This document shows, one piece after another, positions 39,499 to 46,756 of a stretch of 64,000 nt of DNA. Both the position numbers and the translations under genes were made by a program. The stretch's first letter is position 1, and each line of letters starts with the position of its first letter. The stretch comes from Bdellovibrionales bacterium (GTDB taxonomy: Bacteria; Bdellovibrionota; Bdellovibrionia; Bdellovibrionales; JAGQZY01), in the NCBI GenBank assembly GCA_041739665.1, contig JBGSNK010000015.1, positions 616 through 64,615 on the forward strand, given 5' to 3'. Under the pieces are notes generated by a model. That model saw nothing but the letters and a program-made list of their open reading frames with translations, searched no databases and was not told where the DNA came from.

Positions 39499-40020
39499 AT
39501 GACCTATTTACTGCAGCAATTTTTTCAACTGGTGAAGCTTCTCAACTCCGAAACTGGCACAAAGCAAATCGCTTGGGGGGTTGCCCTTGGTTTCGTTCTT
39601 GGAATGACCCCCGCTTTTTCTCTGCAAACCGTGCTTGTATTTTTAGTTCTTCTCTTCTTTCGAGTTCAGATGGGGGCGGCTTTTGTCGCTGCTTTTTTCT
39701 TTAAATTTGTGGCTTTTTTGCTCGACCCCGTTTTTCATGGAGTGGGTTCATTTGTCCTCGAAATTCAAGCCCTGAAACCTCTCTACACTCAGCTCTACAA
39801 TATGCCCATAGTTCCCTGGACTCGCTTCTATAACTCGATTGTGATGGGTTCAGGAGTGCTCTCAATTTTGTTAACACCTTTTGTTTTTGTGGCAACTTTA
39901 GTTGCAGTTCAGAAATATCGCAAAAGTGTTTACGATCGTTTTAAAGACTCTAAATTTTTTAAAGCCCTTAAAGCCACCTCTTTCTACAAATGGTATGTGA
40001 AGTACAATGACTACAGCTAA
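39499..40020 (+). CDS. Small DUF2062/TIGR03546-like membrane protein
   Basis: ..TGTKQIAWGVALGFVLGMTPAFSLQTVLVFLVLLFFRV.. matches the DUF2062-like pattern as I recall it. Overlaps the next gene by 14 nt. Confidence 0.5.
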   Translation: MTYLLQQFFQLVKLLNSETGTKQIAWGVALGFVLGMTPAFSLQTVLVFLVLLFFRVQMGAAFVAAFFFKFVAFLLDPVFHGVGSFVLEIQALKPLYTQLYNMPIVPWTRFYNSIVMGSGVLSILLTPFVFVATLVAVQKYRKSVYDRFKDSKFFKALKATSFYKWYVKYNDYS

Positions 40021-41938
40021 AACCTCTACTGAAAAAAAACCAAAAGCCAAAGGACCTCTGCGCATTGAGGCCCTTGTTCCCCTAACTCTTGTCCTTGTAC
40101 TTTTAGGCGCTTATTTTAAGTATTTCTTTGATTCCCATTTACGCCAGGGTCTCGAGTTTGGCGCCACCTATGCTCATGGGGCCGAAGTGAACGTTGGCGA
40201 CTTACAAACACTTTTCCTTGAGCCCTCCATTCGAATTCGCAATATCGAGATCACCGACAAATCTGACCCAACTCTCAATATTATCAAAATTGGCGAAATC
40301 AAGTTGCAGCTTTTATGGGACGCTTTACTCAGAGGCAAGTTTGTCATCCCCGAGTCGTCTATTTTAGATATCCAAGCTAAAAACAAACGCAGACGCCCTG
40401 GTCGCATCTTGCCGCCAAGCAAATCGGCAGGTTCAACAGGTGCTGTCAACCAAGCGGCCCAAGAAACCTTGGGGAAACTGAAAGAGAAAAATGAGTCGAA
40501 CCTGTTGGGCGATATCTTTTCTGTAGCTGGTGGCACCAACTACAAAGACCAACTTAAAAATCTGGAAGGCCAAATACAAACCCAAGTTAAGATCAAAGCA
40601 TTGGGTGACGAGTTGAAACTAAAAGAAGTGGAGTGGAAAAAGCGCATCGATGCCCTCCCCGATGATAGCGAAATCAAGCAATTGTCAAAAAAAGTCGAAG
40701 GCTTAAAACTTGACACCAGCAATCCTAAAGCCATCCAAGCCTCTCTTAAGGAAATCGACAGTGTTTATAAAGAGGCGCGCGCTAAATACAAAAATCTTGA
40801 GGAAGCTAAAAAAATCCTAGATCAAGACCTAAAAAAATACCAAAGTGAATACAAGGGACTGGATCAATTGATCAAACAGGATATTGAAGCTCTCTCGGCC
40901 AAACTCAATATTCCCTCGTTAGATCCTGAGGAAATTAACAAGATGTTACTTGGGTCCCTTGTCGCCAATCAGCTGGGGAGTTTGTTGAAGTACCAAAATT
41001 TGGTTCGCGAATACATGCCGAAGAAATCAAATGAGGCAAAAGAAAAAAAACAACTCACCCCCCGTGAGCGGGCCGAAGGGGTTAACTACACTTTTGCTAA
41101 AGGGAAAAGCTATCCCCGCTTTTGGCTCAAAAAGGCTAAAATCAGTTCGGACTCCAAACAAGGGGAAGCCGGCGACATCGAAGGCACTTTACAGAATGTA
41201 ACCAACAATCCGCGCCATTTGGGGCTACCCGCCACGCTGGATTTCAAAGGGGGCTTTCCGCACCAAAATATTTTCGATGTGAAAGGCAATGTGACAATCG
41301 ATCACACCAGCGAAGCACCCGTGGAAAAAGGCACATTCAGTGTGGGTTCTTTTCCCGTACATAAAAATACTCTCAGCCAATCCCAAGATCTTGAGCTGGG
41401 TTACAACAGTGCTCTCGGTTCAAGTACAATTGGCTTTGAAATAAAAAATGAGCAGATAGAAATCAACTCGAATTCGCTTTTTTCTAAAGTGGATTATTTT
41501 GCTAGTGCTAAGGACAAAAATGTGGATCGTCTGCTTAATGCGGTGGTGCAAGATCTCAATGACCTGACCTTAAATATTAAGGCCCAAGGCTCTTGGGATA
41601 AGTTGAGACTAAACATCAATTCCAATCTAGGGGATCGTCTGGTCCGTGCTATCAAAACCCAGGTAGAAAACGAAATTCGCAAAGCTCGACAACAAGTCGA
41701 AGAACATGTTCAAGCTATGGTAGGAAACGATAAGGCTAAGCTGGATCAGGAAGTGCAAAAGATTGAAAAGCAATTAGGCGTTTCTTTGAAAAGTCGGGAA
41801 GATGCGGTCAAGTCGGTCGAGTCAGCCGTTGATAAAAAGAAAAAAGAATCCACTCAACAGCAAAAAAAGCAAATCGACAAATTAAAAAAAGAAGGCCAAA
41901 AGAAGGCCAAAGAGCTCTTAAAAGGCATCAAATTCTAA
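40007..41938 (+). CDS. TIGR03545-like large envelope protein (N-terminal TM, coiled-coil middle, Lys-rich tail)
   Basis: One N-terminal TM (IEALVPLTLVLVLLGAYF). Long K/E-rich heptad-like middle region. Size and pairing with the small upstream membrane protein fit the TIGR03545/TIGR03546 gene pair. Confidence 0.5.
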   Translation: MTTAKTSTEKKPKAKGPLRIEALVPLTLVLVLLGAYFKYFFDSHLRQGLEFGATYAHGAEVNVGDLQTLFLEPSIRIRNIEITDKSDPTLNIIKIGEIKLQLLWDALLRGKFVIPESSILDIQAKNKRRRPGRILPPSKSAGSTGAVNQAAQETLGKLKEKNESNLLGDIFSVAGGTNYKDQLKNLEGQIQTQVKIKALGDELKLKEVEWKKRIDALPDDSEIKQLSKKVEGLKLDTSNPKAIQASLKEIDSVYKEARAKYKNLEEAKKILDQDLKKYQSEYKGLDQLIKQDIEALSAKLNIPSLDPEEINKMLLGSLVANQLGSLLKYQNLVREYMPKKSNEAKEKKQLTPRERAEGVNYTFAKGKSYPRFWLKKAKISSDSKQGEAGDIEGTLQNVTNNPRHLGLPATLDFKGGFPHQNIFDVKGNVTIDHTSEAPVEKGTFSVGSFPVHKNTLSQSQDLELGYNSALGSSTIGFEIKNEQIEINSNSLFSKVDYFASAKDKNVDRLLNAVVQDLNDLTLNIKAQGSWDKLRLNINSNLGDRLVRAIKTQVENEIRKARQQVEEHVQAMVGNDKAKLDQEVQKIEKQLGVSLKSREDAVKSVESAVDKKKKESTQQQKKQIDKLKKEGQKKAKELLKGIKF

Positions 41939-42031
41939 GACCTTGGGCCGGTCCTTGACTAGGCCCCCACACCTAATACTGCTACTCTAAAAGAGTCAGT
42001 TTCTCTCACTTTTGACGAGGTATTCAGTTTG

Positions 42032-42847
42032 ATGACAGTCTCTAAATTATTTTGGGCCTTTGTGATTATTAGTTGGCCGCTTCAAATTTTTTCACAAGAA
42101 ACCACTCGAAGCGGTAGCGGCAGTTTTTTTTCACCCCGCCAAACGCAAGAAACAGAAATGGATAGACTGCGCAAAAAAATTATGTGCGCATTTGAAGAAA
42201 ATAAACTTCCGAAAGACAATGAATCAAATCAACGCAAGCGGGCCGAGTACCTATCCCGACACTTAAGTGAAATCTTCTCGCGCCTTGAGCCGGACTGGAC
42301 AACCCTCGAACTGCAACACAGCCTGGCCCAGGCTGTTGCTGAAACGGGAAACCTTCGTCACGTGACTGAACAACCCTCTAAATACAGATCTTCTCGTTCA
42401 AAATACAAAGGGCGTGGCTTGATTCAAACAACTCACAAAGCTAATTATGCACAACTGGCAGGTTGCGCTCAGACCATCTCTAACAATCCCATTCCTCAGT
42501 CTATTTCGAGAGAAGCCTTGGCTCGCGCCCCTCGCCTAATGAGCAGCGAACTGGTTCGAAATCCAGATCAGGCTATGAGTGAGCGAACTCAGGGTGGACA
42601 ATTTCTAAATGCCGCAAGCTTGGTTTGTTATATGGTCAATACCTCAGAAAGACACAATCGCTTAAAAAAGGCCATGAGCTGCGCCAACCCGCCTTGTGTT
42701 CGAGAAGTGGGTGTCGCTGTGAACCGTGGCCCAGGTGCTCTGGGTAAAGGTCGCAAGCCGTTGGGCGATGCCGAAAGGGTTCGAGCTTTCTGCCGCATGA
42801 ACTCTTGCTTCGGAAACCAAGGTCGTTGCGCTACGGGAGGTCGTTAA
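42032..42847 (+). CDS. Secreted glycoside hydrolase family 19 (chitinase/endolysin-like muramidase) protein
   Basis: Signal peptide. LAQAVAETGNLRHVTEQ (two catalytic Glu context) and YKGRGLIQTTHKANY (GH19 GRGxIQxTxxxNY motif). Confidence 0.75.
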   Translation: MTVSKLFWAFVIISWPLQIFSQETTRSGSGSFFSPRQTQETEMDRLRKKIMCAFEENKLPKDNESNQRKRAEYLSRHLSEIFSRLEPDWTTLELQHSLAQAVAETGNLRHVTEQPSKYRSSRSKYKGRGLIQTTHKANYAQLAGCAQTISNNPIPQSISREALARAPRLMSSELVRNPDQAMSERTQGGQFLNAASLVCYMVNTSERHNRLKKAMSCANPPCVREVGVAVNRGPGALGKGRKPLGDAERVRAFCRMNSCFGNQGRCATGGR

Positions 42848-43380
42848 TGTTATCTGTTCTTAAAATTCTTTTTGTTTTTTTCTATACTCCATCTCTTTTG
42901 GCCATACCCAATTGGGTCAAGTTGACCGATAAAAAAACCCAGCATTGCAGCCAGCAAGCTCCTTGCACTCTCGTTCACGACAAAAACAAGCAGCGCTTTC
43001 AGGTCACTTTTGACCTCAAAAAAGAGGGCAGCAAGCTTTTTTTGACGACCGTTAATATTGTCGGTCCCGATAAAAAGAAAACTCAGTTTTCGGAACTTGA
43101 AAATTTCCAGGCCCATTACGACGATGAAGAGTTTAAACTTTTTGCAGTCGACCTCAATAACGACGGCCTCTTAGATTTAGCTTTAGAAGCCAGTCTTTCT
43201 AATAAAATGGGTCCCATGTACTACTATTGGGTTTATGACTCCAAAAAGAAAAATTTTGTTCAAACCACCGAACAAATCGAAGAGCTCAGCTTCAATTCAA
43301 AAGGCAAGCTCGAAGGTGCAGCCACCGGCGCTCTTTACACCATCAATAGGGATCTCAGGATTCAATCAAAAAGCCAATAA
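42847..43380 (+). CDS. Small secreted protein translationally coupled to the GH19 gene
   Basis: The ATG overlaps the GH19 stop (TAATG). Signal MLSVLKILFVFFYTPSLLA. DLNNDGLLDL (FG-GAP/VCBS-like turn). No family recognised. Confidence 0.6.
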   Translation: MLSVLKILFVFFYTPSLLAIPNWVKLTDKKTQHCSQQAPCTLVHDKNKQRFQVTFDLKKEGSKLFLTTVNIVGPDKKKTQFSELENFQAHYDDEEFKLFAVDLNNDGLLDLALEASLSNKMGPMYYYWVYDSKKKNFVQTTEQIEELSFNSKGKLEGAATGALYTINRDLRIQSKSQ

Positions 43381-43409
43381 AACGGGTCGACGGTATTGCT
43401 CATGTGCCT

Positions 43410-43534
43410 AACCCATCTCCTCGTCTCTATAAAATCAGACCTCCGAAAAGCGGATGCGTTCGCAGCCTTTAGGCTGCGATTTCGGTGAGGGCATGGAGCC
43501 CGTGTCTGATTTTGTAGAGACGAGGAGATGGGTT
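43410..43534 (+). repeat. Structured palindromic repeat, copy 1: 31-bp closing stem plus a 63-nt branched core
   Basis: Arms AACCCATCTCCTCGTCTCTATAAAATCAGAC / GTCTGATTTTGTAGAGACGAGGAGATGGGTT, with one T.G pair on the + strand. The core is shared with the element at 55906..56073. Lies between convergent gene ends. Confidence 0.8.
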
Positions 43535-43595
43535 GCGGATACAAGTGCAACAACGCAGAACGGGTCTTTTTTCCAAAGGAACGTGAGCCCTTTTT

Positions 43596-46500
43596 TTAGG
43601 GACTGAGCTTGAGCTTTCTGACGATGTGATTTTCAGTATCGCTGATATACAAATCACCATTGGCATCAAAATTAAGACCTGTCGGTCTTAACAAAGTAGC
43701 CGATGTTCCCGCCACACCTTCTTGACTAAAATCAAAGGGACTTCCCCCTGTTGCAATAGCTTCGATGCGCCCGGCGACGGTGCTCACCACACCCGTTGTC
43801 GTGTTGAAACATCTAACGTTATGACGGGCTCTTTGGGCGTAACAAAGACGACTCCCATAAAAGGCCAAACCTGTTGGTTGGTTACAGCGAGCTGAAGACA
43901 CTAAGACATTCTCGGAGTCACTGCCCGAAGTTCCACCTAGGCAGCCTACAGTCGAGACTTGATTGGGATTCACTGTAACGGTTCCTATCGACACAGGGCT
44001 TGCCGTTTTATTCCAATAGTAAATACGATGATTTCCCATATCGGAAATAAAAAGATTACCTAACCCATCGATTGCAATATCTCGAGGTTGATTGAAGTAA
44101 GCTGAACCCTCTGGAAAACTCAATGGAACTGGAGCTGGCCCGGGGAATGCCGTCGCACTAGTCGTTTCACATGTGCCCAGAACAGATGACAATGTTCCAC
44201 TGGCGTCCACATATTTGATACAATGATTAAGACTGTCGACAATATACATTTCAGGGTCGCCATTGTTATTCACAAACTTAACTGAGTTCGGATATCTTAA
44301 GCGAGACGCTAAGGCGGGTCCACTGGCATCGTGCCCTGCTCCCGAGACCCAATCACCAGCAACTGTTGAGATACGATTGTTTTGTATAAATTGTCCAAGA
44401 TAATTTTTATTAGAACCACTACGATTCCAAATGCGCACATTATGTCCATAGGGATTCAATTGAGCCAAACTGCCATCTTCCCAAATATCAAAACCGTTTG
44501 TAATCGCATTAGTCGCATTCCACGTGGATTGAAGGGGGGCATTATTAGGGAAATCATTATCTAAAGTCGGAGAGGCTGCTGGTCCTGAGCCCACCACGGA
44601 TTTCATACGTCCATATTTGTCCACAGAGCGTATTCGCTGATTGTTTTGATCGGCAATAAATAGTATCTGATTGGTGTTATCAAAAACTAAGCCTGATGGG
44701 AAATCCATAAGATGCTGGCTCACAGGGAGTTCGATGTCTCCTAAGAAACCACTCTTTCCATCTCCGCTGCCTAAGAAGTCACTCACCGCTCCCGTGATAA
44801 TGTTGATATCACGTAATCTATAATTGGAGTAATCCGAAACCACTAAACGATTGGAATTGTTTCGATCTATAGTAATGCCGCTGGGTTGATTGAATCTTGT
44901 CAAAGCAATTCCGGCATTCGAGCCGTTGTAACCGTTTGTCGCCTGGTTGATTCGCCCCAAAAGACCATTATTAATGGTGTTGCCATCAATTGTGATGGGG
45001 GCCGGAGAGTTGTTTGCTAGAACTATGCTCCCTCTGTGTAGGTCCGTAATGAAAATTGTATCCAAGTCCTTCACCCAAATACTTGAGGGTTGTGACACGG
45101 GTGTGGCCAAGGGGTTACCCGACAGAGGGGTAGCTCCGTTGGCTCCATTGCCGATGATCGTTGCCATCATTCCAGGAGCAACAATGATCTCGCTCGGGTT
45201 TCCAGACCAAAAGGTAATCGGATTTAGAGTGGTATTGATAAAGCGAACAAGGCGACGGCTGTACAAAGTGATATAAATTCCATTGGCATCCACAAAAATG
45301 CCCATGGGTTGACCTGTACCACCAGATGTGGGTGCCACATTGTTACCGGTGTTGTTATCAGAACCTGTTCCCGCAATAGTGTAAGCCAAGTCGCTGGCCA
45401 AATCCCACCGCTTGACACGATGGTCATTCAAACATGTGACATATAAATTGCCAGAATAATGGAACAATTCACGAGGACGACGGCAACGCTCTAAGAAAGC
45501 AGGCTGTCCGTTAATGTGGCTCGTTCCCCCACCCATTCCAACGAAGATAACACCGGACGCATCGACATATTTAATTAAATCACCTAAATACTCCGTGATA
45601 TAAAGTCGATCAAAAGCGTCGTCGTACCAAAGACCTCTAGGTTCATATAAGGGTGAGGCCAGAGCCGCAATACCAGCACTTCCACTTTCTGCAGAACCGG
45701 TCCCAGCAATCACCTGAATTGTTCCAGGCTGAATCGTCACGCCCACACGGGTCACGGCCGAAGCAGTGTTGTTCCAATACCAAACCACGTGATTGTCCAG
45801 ATCTGAAATAAAGAAGTTACCTAAAGCATCTTGGACATGGGACCCTGGGCGAAAGCGCAATGGATAATTCACATCAGTGGGTGAAAAACCACTTCCTTTA
45901 TTCGCGCTTCCAGCAAATGTGCAAATTTGACCTGTTTGCAACTCGTTACATTTCTGAGGAAACCAATTGACCTCTCCACTCCAACTAAAAGATGTAGACT
46001 TGGTTCCGTCGCTGACTTCAACCGTCACAAGATTGGTACCTACAATATCTGCATGTCCCGTTAAATACCCGGTCGCCCCAAGCCCACTTAGATGAGGGGA
46101 TGAAGCACCATTGAGTTTCCATTGAAAAGTTAAAGTGTCATTATTGGGATCCGTCGCTAAAGCCATAAAGCTCACAGTGGAGTCCACAGAAACTTTTGGA
46201 ATTCCGGAGGTCAAACTGCTTAAAACAGGAGGGCCGTTGACTTTAACGATCCACGCATTTTCAATGGTGGCCTTTTCATCTGACAAGGTAACGACCAGAT
46301 TGTGTTCGCCAATAAGAGCTTCAGTTGCTGTGAATGTAAACTGGTTCACCGCTGCTATGGCCTGACCGTCGAGCTTCCATGAATAATTAACTGTTCTGGG
46401 AAAGACGGCAACACCGGTAATAAAAAAATCAACCGATTGACCAATCTCGACAATGATCTCGCCCGCGTCTGGTAAACGACTGGTGATCTTTAACTCGGTG

Positions 46501-46616
46501 GCATTGGTGGGTCCACCGCCACCAGATAATATATCTAAAGAGGATCCCCCCTCTTGCTTACAGGAAGTTAGAAAAAGGAATATCAATAGGGGAATATAGA
46601 GCTTTGATATATTCAT
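43596..46616 (-). CDS. Large lipoprotein: N-terminal Ig-like domains plus multiple NHL-repeat beta-propeller blades (paralog 1)
   Basis: Lipobox ..LFLTSC. Two ~90-aa Ig/PKD-like units. Recurrent NHL motifs (e.g. FNQPRDIAIDGLGNLFISDMGNHRIYYW, LLRPTGLNFDANGDLYISDTENHIVRKL). Confidence 0.8.
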   Translation of the reverse strand: MNISKLYIPLLIFLFLTSCKQEGGSSLDILSGGGGPTNATELKITSRLPDAGEIIVEIGQSVDFFITGVAVFPRTVNYSWKLDGQAIAAVNQFTFTATEALIGEHNLVVTLSDEKATIENAWIVKVNGPPVLSSLTSGIPKVSVDSTVSFMALATDPNNDTLTFQWKLNGASSPHLSGLGATGYLTGHADIVGTNLVTVEVSDGTKSTSFSWSGEVNWFPQKCNELQTGQICTFAGSANKGSGFSPTDVNYPLRFRPGSHVQDALGNFFISDLDNHVVWYWNNTASAVTRVGVTIQPGTIQVIAGTGSAESGSAGIAALASPLYEPRGLWYDDAFDRLYITEYLGDLIKYVDASGVIFVGMGGGTSHINGQPAFLERCRRPRELFHYSGNLYVTCLNDHRVKRWDLASDLAYTIAGTGSDNNTGNNVAPTSGGTGQPMGIFVDANGIYITLYSRRLVRFINTTLNPITFWSGNPSEIIVAPGMMATIIGNGANGATPLSGNPLATPVSQPSSIWVKDLDTIFITDLHRGSIVLANNSPAPITIDGNTINNGLLGRINQATNGYNGSNAGIALTRFNQPSGITIDRNNSNRLVVSDYSNYRLRDINIITGAVSDFLGSGDGKSGFLGDIELPVSQHLMDFPSGLVFDNTNQILFIADQNNQRIRSVDKYGRMKSVVGSGPAASPTLDNDFPNNAPLQSTWNATNAITNGFDIWEDGSLAQLNPYGHNVRIWNRSGSNKNYLGQFIQNNRISTVAGDWVSGAGHDASGPALASRLRYPNSVKFVNNNGDPEMYIVDSLNHCIKYVDASGTLSSVLGTCETTSATAFPGPAPVPLSFPEGSAYFNQPRDIAIDGLGNLFISDMGNHRIYYWNKTASPVSIGTVTVNPNQVSTVGCLGGTSGSDSENVLVSSARCNQPTGLAFYGSRLCYAQRARHNVRCFNTTTGVVSTVAGRIEAIATGGSPFDFSQEGVAGTSATLLRPTGLNFDANGDLYISDTENHIVRKLKLSP

Positions 46617-46652
46617 TTTATACCTAACACTTCATATAATGGATCGGCTTAG

Positions 46653-46694
46653 TTGGTGAATTATGTATATCTAGACATTCATTTTTGGTGAATT
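46653..46694. repeat. Two direct copies of TTGGTGAATT spaced 32 bp start-to-start, in the gap between the NHL paralogs
   Basis: Copies at 46653-46662 and 46685-46694, read directly from the sequence. They lie upstream (minus-strand sense) of paralog 1. Confidence 0.4.
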
Positions 46695-46756
46695 GACATC
46701 ACTTTCATTCTCAGGATGAGAAATTGAACTTTATTCCCTCTCAATTTGTCCCAGAA

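Noticed and set aside
43403-43541. Copy 1 of the palindromic repeat looked like an integron attC site: GCCTAAC at the 5' end matches the RYYYAAC consensus and the 3' arm ends in GTT.
   Set aside because: The 3' box GTTGCGG does not fit GTTRRRY. Copy 2 has no AAC/GTT boxes. No intI integrase or cassette array is present in the window.
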